Shown here in pieces: positions 49,604 through 62,454 of a stretch of 64,000 nucleotides of DNA. The DNA lies in the NCBI GenBank assembly GCA_951406725.2, contig OX597827.1, positions 57,536,001 through 57,600,000 on the forward strand, in the 5' to 3' direction. Source of the DNA: Octopus vulgaris. Taxonomy: Eukaryota. The number at the start of each line of letters is the position of its first letter. Positions within the stretch are counted from its first letter, which is position 1. Position numbers and translations under genes: made by a program. The notes under the pieces are model-generated. The model ran no database searches, had not been told where the DNA came from, and worked only from the letters and a program-made list of their open reading frames with translations.

Positions 49604-50111
49604 CTGGAAAGATAAGAGAGAGAGAAAGGAATCAGATAAGCTACCTTCAATTTAAAGTACACTTATTTTTTTGTTGTCATCATGATTTAACATAATTTTC
49701 CATGCTTGCATGGGTCAGATGGTATTTATCGAAGCAGATTTTTTACAGCTGAATGCCCTTCCTGTCACCAACTCTCACTTGTTTACAAAGTAGTGTTTTC
49801 CCATAGAGAGATGTTTCTAAACAGAAAAAAAATTTACACAAAAATTTGGATTTAAACCCCATTTCCAAAAACAACACATTCTAAATTATTGCAACACTGC
49901 AGCCTGCTGGCATGAATAGCTAAGACACTAATAAATAGATCTGCACAAGTGTTCTGTTATGAGGTAATTTTCGACATCAACTATTCTAATTAAGCCTTAT
50001 TTCAGTTTGAGATATTTTTTTATTCTTATCAATTTAAATGCTATGAGTTGAAATAATGAAATGAAAAAGAAAAAAAAAAAAGGAAGATCTATAGTAAAAT
50101 TCAATATTTAC

Positions 50112-50215
50112 CTTGCCACAGTTTCTACAATGATGTCGTCTCTTCACGAAGGTGAAGGGGGCTTTGCAGGAAGAACAGTGGGGACACTGTTCATCTGGAA
50201 CCCAAGGAGGTGGTT
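50112..50215 (-). CDS. ZFYVE28: ZFYVE28/Lst2 exon (first half of FYVE)
   Basis: ttgcag|AACCA...GGCAAG|gtaaat; [34 protein letters not shown] (WxxD and RRHHCR intact). Confidence 0.95.
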
Positions 50216-51106
50216 CTGCAAATAAAGGAATGAAAATAAGTTTCAGTTCTATTTCAAGCAGTTAGCAAAGGAAAAGTAAGTTTCACATTAAAGAAAAAAC
50301 AAAACTAATATTCAGTTCCCCACTTCTTTTTCTTTTTTTATTAAACAGTTAACCGATTATTTCCATGGCAGTTTCCGGGTTTAATTGATGCTTTCAGAAT
50401 CTTATGTCAACCTTCCTGATCATGTTGAAATATTACTCATCTTTAATAATTTGGTTTGAAAAAAAGTGGTATATCTGTTTTGCTTAGAAGTCCATTTATA
50501 CTCTTTGCATTTTGATTCATAGTTGTAAGCCCTGACCATTTAGCTACTATGCTTAAGTGAGATTTTTGAGTTAAGACAATTGTAAAAAATGTTAGCCAAC
50601 ATGGTTAATTATTAGAACAACAAAATACACTAAGTAAAATATCCATTGTTTCTGCTATTAGGAAAATTAAGTGGTATGCTCAGTTCAGTTAAAAATAAGA
50701 CTGGTTTAAATTGTTGATGCAAAATCTTTTCCATGTGTTTGCATGAATCAGATGGAATTTGTTGAGGCAGATTTTCTATGACCTCATGCCCTTTCTGTTG
50801 CCAACCCTCACCTGTTTTCAAGTAATGTTTTTTCACATGCCACTGGTACAAGTGCCAGTAAGGCGATGCTGGTAATGATCACCTTCGAATGGTGCGTTTT
50901 AAATGCCACCGACATGGGAGCCAGTCAGCGTCCCTGGCAACGATCACTCTTGGATGGTGCTCTTAGCGCTCCACTATGACAAACTTATGAAAATGTTTTG
51001 GACTGGAAAGGGGTTAAAAGACATGATGATATCTGTTTTTCCTTTGCTGACAGACCAGACTGACCGACAAATAACAATGATAGATCTGGGTGGATAGAAA
51101 GCTTAC

Positions 51107-51397
51107 CTTGGAATGACCTTGAGCGTGCATACTGTTCAAGATGTTGATCATCATCACTGCTGGCACTACGAGCTAATAATGGAGGAGATGGCGAACCCGT
51201 TGAGCCAGAAGCAGCAATGTGATGAGGTACACCCACACTTCCCATTGCGTGACTGGAGCTGGCTGTGTAAAGTTGAGAGCCACTCTCGATAGCATTGTCA
51301 GCCATTACTAAAGGTTCTGAACAGTTAATATCAAAAACTGCCTTAAGTATACTGCGTAGATCACTGGCAAAATTGGTCTGCAATTGATCAGCCACAC
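51107..51397 (-). CDS. ZFYVE28: ZFYVE28/Lst2 exon
   Basis: ttctag|GTGTGGCT...CAAG|gtaagc; VADQLQTNFASDLRSILKAVF is a conserved Lst2 segment. Confidence 0.93.
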
Positions 51398-52446
51398 CTA
51401 GAAAGAGAGAGAAATCAAATGTGATGTTGTGGATACTGAAACAAACTTGATCAAACGTTTTTGAACCAATACTAAATTATTTTCCCTTGGAACCATGAAC
51501 TAAAGAAAACTGATTGATAATTCCTAATTCACTGAGTTTCCAAATATCAAGGATGCCAGTTTTCACCACTATATTACAAGCCCTGAGAGATCCGCTTATA
51601 TATGCGCTTGGTGGATAAAAGCAAAGACATAGATCCTAGAAAACAACTGTTAAATTGTTTGTAAATTAATTCTAACCTCAGATGAAAGTTATCTCTGCTA
51701 ACCTTACTGTGTGTCTGCACGGTGAAAGTAAAAATGTAGACCTTAAAAAGCACTGGCGATGGTACCATGTATTCTGTTTGTCAATTTACGTGGCACCAGC
51801 ATTAAGCCACTAACAAAAATATTTCTGGTAAACTATGAGAAAGTGTTGAGATATAGTATCAGTTTTTATCTCTAAAATTTGAGATGCGTCTTCAAAGTTA
51901 GGAGTGTCCTCAATATTGGGAAATACAATAATTCTAACTAATTAAAATTTCAGAGTAGTCTTTTTCATTCTTTTCCTCATTTTTTTTTTTCACCAGAATT
52001 AGCCATTTAGAAATAATTCTCATCACTAAAGATGTAATTTTAATTAATGTCTCTTGGTTTACTGCATCAAATAAACCAACAGCAATTTTACTATTTACTT
52101 TGCTATTAAGTCCTCAAGTGTAAGTTATCTTTGGGTATGTTTCCAACATTTTTTTAATTAACCCTCCTCCACCGAGTAACAGTGGCAGAGAAACGGGGGG
52201 GGGGCAACTCCATGATGGTGTAAATATGTATTAAATTAAATTCACTGAATCAAATTTGGACAAATCAAGAAGCATATGAAAAGAGTTTTGCTTTAATCAC
52301 ACAAAGGAGACAGATTCTCCAAGCTTCAGCTAAAGCAACTCATCTAGAAGAGCAGAAACTAAATTTAAAAACTGATGTAGTATAAAAGGAAGGGGGCACT
52401 TTAGTCTCGGCATAAGAGACTCTAGTGTTAGTGAAACAATAAAATA

Positions 52447-53147
52447 TTGGGTCATCTCATAAATAATGCAGTTTTTTCAATTGCATGAACTAAAAGTCGA
52501 AGGGGGACAGGATAAACTACCTGCATCAACTTGCTATAAAAACCAGTAGTAATTTTATCCACTTATTCTTAGTGCAAGTTTTGAAGAGTGCAGTTTGATT
52601 TTAACAAACGGAAAGTGTGAGGAATATTAATACAGTCTTTGGGGATCAGACAATAAACATAAACCAGTGTCAACGGTGGTTTCAGAAATTCCGAGCTGGA
52701 AACTACAGCCAAGAAGACAAGCTTTGTCCTGGAAGATCTGTAGAGCTCAACATGGACATCCTGCAAACCCTGGTGGAACAAAATCTCATCGTAACTGTTG
52801 AGGAACTAGCAGAGAAGCTTGGATTTGGTCATTCAACCATTCATCAACACCTGCATGCCATCAGAAAAGCCAGCAAATTGGGTCAATGGGTTCCTCACAA
52901 ACTTTCCGAGAGAGTGAATGTGTGCTCTTCTTTGTCGGCACATCTCATTAATGAACCTTTTTTGGACCGAATAGTGACTGGTGATGAGAAATGGGTTCTC
53001 TATAAAAATGTCAAGTGCCAAAGACATTGGGTAAGGAAAGAAGAAACACTGGCACCCAGGCTAAAGAAGGTCTTTACCCACATAAGATGCTGTTATCAGT
53101 TTGGTGGGATATGAAAGGTTTAGTCCACTTTGAACTTTTTAACTCAA
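52447..53147 (+). mobile_element. Mariner transposon, 5' half (truncated)
   Basis: TTGGGTCATCTCATAA terminus; QRWFQKFRAG, WVPHKLS and RIVTGDEKWVLY motifs. Confidence 0.88.
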
Positions 53148-53161
53148 AAATATTCACTCAC

Positions 53162-53322
53162 CCGATATACATACAAAAAGTCGATGAATGAGATCACTAC
53201 TGTTTTGAAAGCGTGAACGGGCTTCATTTCGTGAAGCTAGTTCAGCAGCTTGGATAGCAAGTGCTATCTCTTCATCATCATGGCAATCAGAATTATACGA
53301 ACTTGTTTCACTACTGGCACAA
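53162..53322 (-). CDS. ZFYVE28: ZFYVE28/Lst2 exon
   Basis: tttcag|TTGTGCC...TCGG|gtgagt; [54 protein letters not shown]. Confidence 0.93.
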
Positions 53323-54066
53323 CTGAAAGAATAGAAAGAGAAACAAAGGCATTTTAAAAAGTACTGAACTTAAAAATCCTATTACAGTCATTCTTTAAGA
53401 TAAAGTGTTCCGATGCAAGGTTATTTCTAAACTAAAAATAAATGAAGTCTAGTCTTCTAATATAATCATCTACTCACCTCTGGCTCTGTCATACAAAACC
53501 TATTTTAAAGTGTTCCTATTTGAATTAAAACCTTCTGACAAAATGTTATTTAAGAAACTTTCGTTAAATTACATTTGAAAAAATCAGTTTGATATTCTTT
53601 TTGTTTTTTATTCTTTTATTTGTTTCAGTCATTTCACTGTGGCCATGCCTACACATTGTTAAATGACTTCCTTTTGAAATTCTCCCTGAAGATATACCCA
53701 ATTCACTGGTTTTGAATATGGAATTTTATTTCTGAAATTAAAGAATTGGGTATGGAAACAGCTGTAGGTAGGAGTTTCTATGTATGAATTTCAATGTCTT
53801 TAAATATAAACAATAAGTACGTAAATTTTCATCCATTTTCTTCTTTTTCTTATCTAAAAAGGTTTATCTAAATACCTATACATTTTCATGATAAACTAAT
53901 ATACTTGGTTTTCTCTGAACACCAGTATAAACTGGTGAACTAGGAAGCTTGCATCCTTTAAGGGACTTTAATTCCTTGACTAATTAAATGAAAGTTTGTC
54001 TGTGTGTGTTTCTGCGTGTCTGTTTGTGTGTGTGTGTGTGTCATAATTCAAAACTAACGCAGCGAA

Positions 54067-54117
<51 letters not shown>

Positions 54118-54305
54118 GTATATATTTTATCGAATATTTTATTTTTTACTATATGGTATAATTTAATTATATCATTGTTATTTCATTGTTGAATTGATAA
54201 AAGGTGGTTCTTCTCTAATTTATATACATATATTATATATTGTGAAATTTGATTTAGTATTATTAAATTGAATTTTTCCCTGTAGTTTGGAATAATATTC
54301 CCTAA

Positions 54306-54339
<34 letters not shown>

Positions 54340-56432
54340 CACACACACGAGAGACCTCAATTTTGTTTCTGTCTTCCAAATCCATTCACAAGGCTTTGGT
54401 CAGCTTGAGGCCTTAACTGAAGGTGCTATGCAAATGGAACTGAACCTGTAACAGTGTGGATGGGAAGCAAACTACTATCACACAACATGCTAGCATATTT
54501 ATTTTTGTTTCACTAAAAATATATATGTCACAAGCACACATCACATTATCATAACTAAGCAAATATTTTTTTCTGAAGAACAAGAAAATGATTTCATCAT
54601 CATCATCGTTTAACGTCCGTTCTCCATGCTAGCATGGGTTGGACGGTTTGACCGGGGATCTGGGAAGCCAGAAGGCTGCACCAGGCTCCAGTCTTATCTG
54701 GCAATGTTTCTACAGCTGGATGCCCTTCCTAACGCCAACCACTCCGTGAGTGTAGTGGGTGCTTTTTACGTGCCACCTGCACAGGTGCCAGGCGAGGCTG
54801 GCAACGGCCATGGTCGGATTGGTGTATTTTACGTGCCACCGGCACGGAAGCCAGTGGAGGCTGCGCTGGCATCGGTCACAAGTCGGATAGTGCTTTTTAC
54901 GTACCACCAGACCAGGGATCCTGGCTGGTTCAATTCGATTTCGATTTCGCTTATCGGCCACGATATATAATCAAGACAGCTGCTTCCAGTTGTAGACACA
55001 GGCAAATAATTGAAGTTGTGAATGCTGAAATAGACTATCATTGCAAATGACTTCAGTCTTGCAGTAGACATTAATATTATATGGTAAGACGCCATGAAGT
55101 AAAAGAAACTAAGTCTTTAAGCATGGTCATGAGTTTGGTTAGATTTTGCACAACAGCAAACTTCTATACAGTTCTCTTTCACATGTATCTGCTATCTGTG
55201 CAGGTTCAAACTTCACAAAGTAAGATCGGTCTTGTCCAATTGCTTCTCAAATTTATTTCAGCAGAAAAGCAAAAAGCACCAACTGATCATGGCTGTTTGC
55301 CAGCCTCCTCTGGCCCCTGTGCCAGTGGCACGTAAAAAGCACCCACTACATTCACGGAGTGGTTGGCGTCAGGGAAGGGCATCCAGTTGTAGAGACACTG
55401 CCAGATCAGGCTGGAGCCTGACGCAGCTGCCTGGCTTCCCAGACTCCAGTCGAACTGTGCAACTCATGCTAGCATGGAAAATGGATGTTAAACAATGATG
55501 ATGATGATGATCCAAATATCTCCAGTTCATTCTCATAACAATATTTTTTTTCTTTTTGTCAGCTCTGCCTGTGTCATCATATTACCATGTTTTCTATTCA
55601 ACCGCAAAGGCAACTAACATCCAGTTACTTTCTCAAGTTCACTTGCAGTTTCTCTCAAGTTTCACATTCAAACTCAGTATAACATTACAATGTGCAATAC
55701 ACAAACCACCAGGATGCAATCAACGTTCACACACTACATCAGTTGGAGAGTAGGAGAAAGTGAGAACTTTACATTTTATTTGCTTCGAGTTGCTAGACTG
55801 CTGCCATGCAAGAGCACCATCTTGAAGGGCTTAGGTAAAAAAAAAAAAAAATTGACCCCTCCTCCACTAATTTTATTAGTTTCTTTTGCTGAACTGCTAA
55901 TTTTACAAGGATGTAAACAAACCAACACTAGCTATTAAGCAGTGGGGACAAAAACGCACACACACACACATGCGTGGCAGCTTCAACACATTTTCCATCT
56001 ACCAAATTCACTCACAAGGCATTGATTGGCGAGGGACTGTAATAGCCCAAGGTGCCATGCAGTGGGACTGAACCCAAAACCAAGTAGTTACAAAGTGAAA
56101 AATTTCTTTTAAATATATATTTTCTTGATACTAGTATGGTTTCATGCAGAACAAGGAAATAATACATCCTGAACCTGGAGGAAGTGACTAAGCCCATGAC
56201 ACTTGCAGTTCCTCTGAGATTGGTGAAATTGATGCAGGGAATGTTGTGTTTAATTTGTTGTACATCAATGACTGCAGGAAAGACATGAGTGAGGAGGAAA
56301 TTCCAGATGGATGATGTTTTGAACGAAGAAGGATTTGGTGTGTTACCTTGGGCAAGTGTCTTCTACTATAGCCTTGGGCTGACCAAAGCCTTGAGAGTGG
56401 ATTTGGTAGACGGAAACTGAAAGAAGCCCGTC

Positions 56433-56470
<38 letters not shown>

Positions 56471-57030
56471 ATGTATATGTTTGTGTGTCTGTGTTTGTCC
56501 CCTCAGCATCGCTTGACAACTGATGCTGGTGTGTTTACATCCCCCGTAACTTAGCGGTTCGGCAAAAGAGACTGATAAAATAAGTACTAAGCATACAAAG
56601 AATAAGTCCTGGGGTCGATTTGCTCGACTAAAGGTGGTGCTCCAGCATGGTCACAGTCAAATGACTGAAACAAGTAAAAGAGTAAAGAGTACAGACAAAA
56701 AAAAAATCGTTACACAGTGCAATGTAAGCCTAAATATACTATGACAGGAAAACAGATAGGTTGATCGAAGACAGATGCTTTTGAGTGGAGATCTAACCTG
56801 GTTTTAAACAAGAACTATACATGCCTAAGTCTGCATAGCTGTAGCTAAGTGCCACTGTTACCTCACAGATAAAAAAAAAAAAAAGACACAGACATGTAAA
56901 AACAGTCATCCCAATAATATATGTAATCGGTTGAAACTGAGAAATTAATATTTGGATATAATTAAAGTAGTTACAACAGCAAAAGAAAATATATACAAAA
57001 AAATAAAAAAGAACAAAGGTAGCAACTAAC

Positions 57031-58680
57031 CTTTCTCGGTCCCACTCACAGTCACTACCAACACTGCAGCCACTGCGACAACTGGAGCAGGTTGAACTGA
57101 TGCTCTCAGTATAGCGCAGCCGTTGAATCCTTGGAATTTCCAGACAGGCTTCCGAGTCATCTGGTAACATAGCACCATGGCTCACACTGCTACCACCACC
57201 GCCGCCAACACTCCCCCGACGGTAGGGGTTGCCAGCCTTGTGTTGGAACTTTTCAAGGGCACAAGCATTCATTGCTGTACTGAACTTCAATGTTCCTTTG
57301 CAGTCTGGCTCCGTGACGCGATTCGAGTGGCACACTTTCCGCTTGTTCTTAATGAGGTCTCCTCCAGCGTGGCTCGTTGCCTCCGTGCTGCGACGGCAGC
57401 TCCCTAAGTAGTGACTTGATGGCCGGATTGTTGCAGCTGATTCAGCACACTCTTGTAACAGATGATCATGGCTTGGGTTGTGTGCTGAGTGAACTTGTTG
57501 TTTGTGATTACTCTGTTGCTGCTGCTGCTGTTGTTGCTGTTGTTGTTGTGGCTGCTGTGACAGTGATGGAGGTGAAGATGAAGAATTCTGTTGCACATCC
57601 TGCTGTGGCTGCTGCTTCTGCTGTAGTCCTACATCATGTATAGCATCTATGTCCTCGACAGAACTCGACGGTTGTATTGATATACGAGGAATTTCAAACT
57701 GAATATCATACTGCCAACTTTGGGTCATTGCAGGCGGTATATCCATGGTGGAAGGGAGCTGGGGTGACAGAGATGAAGAGGGTGGCATGAATGAGGGCAA
57801 TGTCAGGTTCTGGCTCACTAGGCGGTCAGTTAAATCATGTTGTGTGGTCAGAATATCTGTGGATGTGTTGGGGCTCTCGCAAGCCTCCTGTTTGTGTCGA
57901 ACTTGTTTGGGGGATGGAGTAGATGATGGTGAGGATGGGTAAGGGTGTTGATAGCTTAATGAATGTGACTCTTGTTGAAGCTGTGATGGTGACGGGTAAG
58001 ATGGATTTACTGGTAAACTTGCTGTGTCACAAAGTTCAGCTCCACAACTAGCCTGGGCAGCACCAACTCTGTCATTTGGAATGTTGTTGTTATTATTGTT
58101 GTTGTTGTTAGTATTACTACTGGTACTACTATTACTACTGCTATTGCTACTAGTGTCCATGGCACAATCGGCAGAACTGTGGTGATCATCATCATCACAT
58201 GATGACACCGGATTGCTCAAGCTCCCACTGGAGCCAATGTTCTCACTAGAAAAACCAGAGTCTTTACTGGCACATTTGTTCAGAGATGAAATCTCTACAC
58301 TTTCAACAGTTCGGTGGTCACTGGCAGGTGACCCTTTGAGTATTATGGTAACCACAGATGGAGAATGACTCATCTGTCCAATACTAAACTCACCCTCACT
58401 ATCTGGAGTGACTGGGCTACCTGAGCTGGGCGAATGGACCAAAATATCTTCCTGACAAGCAGCAGAGTCTTGGTAGAGGGCAGGAGTTAGTGGAGAGATG
58501 GTTAAAAACCGGGCATCCATAGATGCAACTTTTTCTGTTTGGCAAGACACCTGTGACTGGCTGTCTATATCAGACTGATGAATCAACGAGGAAGACAGGT
58601 CTATCTCTGGTTCATCTGCACTGCACAGGGCCTTCTCTAAAGTAAATAATTCATCCCGACTGAGAGTGTAAAGAAGTTCT
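57031..58680 (-). CDS. ZFYVE28: ZFYVE28/Lst2 large (1650 bp) low-complexity exon with poly-N, poly-Q and Ser-rich tracts
   Basis: tatcag|AGAACTT...GAAAG|gttagt; begins ELLYTLSRDELFTLEKALCS; open throughout; phases fit both neighbours. Confidence 0.92.
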
Positions 58681-58814
58681 CTGATAAAAGAAAAGAAAGA
58701 AAAGAAAAAAGGGTTACAAATTAAAAATAAATTTTACTTTTTTACATGGCACCAGTTTACACAATGTATTTTATCCACATTTTTCAAATTATTTCACTTG
58801 TATAGTTTACTCAT

Positions 58815-58859
<45 letters not shown>

Positions 58860-59145
58860 CATGAGGTCTTTGATGCTGATGTAATTTTGTTCACTGAATG
58901 ACAAAAGAAAATACTTAGAGAAAAGTTGTCAAAAAGAAAAAAAAATGTGTGGGTAATAAATGCCAAAATATTCTAATCTAAGTAAATTTACAGAACATCT
59001 GTGTGTGCTTTGTCTCTCAATTTTGAAAATCTATACTGTGCAGCCACATTAAATTCCTCATGTAAATCTGAGCCAGTTAGTGGAAGAAATTGATGAAGAT
59101 GATGAAGAGAGACTTGTCAAAACCAAACAAACTGCAGTAATAGAC

Positions 59146-59178
<33 letters not shown>

Positions 59179-60453
59179 AGAGAAAAAGACTGTGAGAATA
59201 AAAAACAAAGAAATAAAAAGAAATGGAAATGCTATCATTACTACTGCTACTATTATGACACACACTTCATGAACAATGATATTGTGTCCACCAACCTGGT
59301 GGAGGAGACAGTGGTGGTAGTTGTAATATTAGTGAAGCCTTGTTGATCCACACCAAACACACACCCTGAAAATGTTTAGCTATAAAGAAAACAAAATGAC
59401 AACCTTTGTTTCATCTTCTGCAATTGTTTATGTTCAAAAGCTTTTCTAGCCATGATTATCCAGTTTTGTATATTACGGACAACACTGCCCCATTAGATGG
59501 TGATGGTAGCAGTCCTACCACTATAACTACTACAATTGCTATTTCCACTTTCACTACAAACACTGCAACTGCAACTAGAATTTTTAAAGCTAAAGAACCC
59601 CCACATAAAGAATGAACTTCTTGTCGGAGTTACCTTTATAAGCTCCATGTAAGAATACACATAAAAACACATCTGACCAAATATATATAAATATACACAC
59701 ATGTCCCTTTTACTAGGCCTATACAAAAGAGGCTGTATCAGACTGTCCTCATCTCTACATACAATCTTCTGTACTAACAGGGTTCACTTCTATTACTAAC
59801 CATCACCTGCTCTAACTTCATCTCATCACTCACCCTTACTTTTCTGTCCACCTATAATTATCAATCACTCTTCTCTTGAACCCACCCCAAATAACCCGAC
59901 CTCTCACATCATAGATCAGGTCTTTCTAATATTGCTGCTTTTTCTTCTAATACCCTTCTTGGTAACTTGAGCAAAATGTTTATAACTTTTCCAGTGTTAT
60001 TTACAAAGGTAAAAGCTAACAGTATTGGAGAATAATGTAAAGAGAAAAGGGAAGATGTAAAACAAGTATGAGAGGAAAGACAGGATAGAGAAAAAGAAAT
60101 GAGATAGGTAAGTGTATTGTTATATTTTTCATCTATCTATGAAAATATAATAATACATTTATCTATTTTCATATTACATATCTAAATGAGAACCATAACC
60201 AGATTGTGACAGCTGTAATAGCATTGAATTTGAGTCCCTGAAAACTTAAAAGTCAATAAATTTTAAGTTTCCAAGAACGCAAATTTAGTAATACTTGTTC
60301 AGGCTGCATCAAACAGGCTGTGCAAATTTACAACCATCATACACCACAGAAAAAAAATTAAGGTAAAGAATATATATCTAAGTACAATGTTTATAGATAA
60401 AACCTCTTTTCATTGACCACATTATTTCACCAAATATTTCATAAAAAACATAC

Positions 60454-60555
60454 CTTATTTTGTAAAGGAGGGGCTGAAAAGGACGGAACATCTCCGACAT
60501 ATTGCTAGTTTCCATGTCTGGATTTAGTGGACCCTCAGGGTATACAAGAAGGCCG
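60454..60555 (-). CDS. ZFYVE28: ZFYVE28/Lst2 exon
   Basis: tttcag|CGGCCTT...ATAAG|gtatgt; GLLVYPEGPLNPDMETSNMSEMFRPFQPLLYKIR. Confidence 0.93.
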
Positions 60556-62364
60556 CTGAAACAATAAAAGGTGAGCAGTTTTAAGCATCTGTGGTGCCAT
60601 CAAGTAAACAATTTTAGATAATTCCATAAATTAGTGACTAAGTTAGATTTAGGGAAAATAAAATACAAAAATCCTGAAAAAATTTTGTTTATATTCAAAT
60701 AATTGATACCAAGGAACAGAAATCATTATTTTTGTTTTAGCTTGATTCAACTTTGAACTGGAGCTTTCTTAAGTTTTGTCAACATACACAAATATGTGTG
60801 TCTGTAGCTTAGTGGTTAGGGGCATTTGGCTCATGATCGTAAGGTTGTGAGTTCAATTCATGGCGGCACATTGTATCCTTGAGCAAGACACTTTATTTTA
60901 CGTTGCTCCAGTCCACTCAGCTGGCAAAAATGAGTAGTACTTGTATTTCAAAGGGCAAGCCTTGTCACACACTGTGTCACGCTGAATCTCCCTGAGAACT
61001 ACGTTAAGGTTATACGTGTGTGGAATGCTCAGCCACTTACACGTAAATTTCATGAGCAAGCTGTTCTGTTGATCGTATCAGCTGGGACCTCATTGTCGCA
61101 ACTGACGTAGTGCTCTCCATATATATATATATATATAAAGACACACAAGCATATATGCCAAGGTCAGTAAAGCATTGGATAGAATGTCTCGCAAACATTT
61201 GTTCTGGCACCCTCTACTCTCACCTCAAATCCTGCTGAGGTTAACTTTCTCTTATATCACTTCTGGATTAGTAATAAAGTACCAGTACAGGGTAGTGAGA
61301 TGGCAGCAATTGTTGGAGAAAAGGAGATACTTGTTCTGGGTCTTTGCATCCATAGTTCAACTTCCACCAAGAGCTACAAATCCTACTGATGCCCATGTCA
61401 CCAACTTCAGTCTTCCTTGGCACATTCCCTCAGTGCAGGAAGGTATGACAGACTACATCACCTCTCTGTAATCATAAAGGCCATCAGTCATCTCAATACA
61501 GTTTGAGTCATCGTTACAGAAACTTTGAAGATTAAGAACACAGGGGACTGAACTCCTGTCTCTTTCTCCACATTAACCAAACTCACTGGCAAATGGTTCC
61601 TGGGGTTTTAGACTCAGAAAACATCCTCAACAATAAAGAAACGCCACTGCCACCGAGATTTCACATATTTATATGTGTGAACAGTTTTTAGTTCAATTAT
61701 CAAAACTACTGTGTCAGGTAAACTCAGGACTTAGCTACTACTGTCTCGGTCATAAGTTGTAAACAACAGACATCTGTACTTACACACTAACAGAAGAATT
61801 TGCATTGAAAGTCAGTCATAAGAAACCAATATAGGTTTGTTTCTTCCAGCTGGCTTCAATAGTAAGTTTAGACAAAAGCCTTAGGATGGGGTGAAGCAGT
61901 GACTTATTACTTTAAGAAAATAGCTTCAACGTTCTTGAAACAAATTAGAATTACTAGAGAAATGAGGGCAAAGGCTAACAGAATCAATGGAAAAATCAGA
62001 TAAATTTTCATATTGATATCTGATATATACTTCTGCCTTACCAGTGTTCAACTGGTAATTATTTTATCAACCCTGAATGGACGAAAGGCAAAGTCAACCT
62101 TGGCAGAATTTTAACTTGGAAGGTAAAGACAGATGAAATGCCACAAAACATTTCGCCCAGTGCGATAACAATTCTGCCAGCTCACCATCTTTATATATAT
62201 ATTTTTTCAATATTAAAAAGATACAGGATAAGATTTTACTAGAAATTTCTTAAAACAGCAATGCACCATTTTAAAATGACGCACTGGAGTTTTGTAACAA
62301 ATACTAGAGAAAGAGATGCTTTGCTGTTGCCCTTACTGGTAAATTTCTGGTCTTAAGTACTTAC

Positions 62365-62454
62365 CAAACAATAGCCAATCGAGGGATAGTGAACATTAGT
62401 GCAGGGTCGTAGTCATCTATCATTTCCTGAGTAAGAAGACCTAACTTTAGTGAT
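62365..62454 (-). CDS. ZFYVE28: ZFYVE28/Lst2 exon; further 5' exons lie beyond the window
   Basis: ttgcag|ATCACTA...GTTTG|gtaagt; [30 protein letters not shown]. Confidence 0.93.

Noticed and set aside
56793-58586. 597-aa ORF as a stand-alone gene with a hydrophobic C-terminus
   Set aside because: It is an internal ZFYVE28 exon (58680-57031); the hydrophobic tail is intron read-through past the GTTAGT donor
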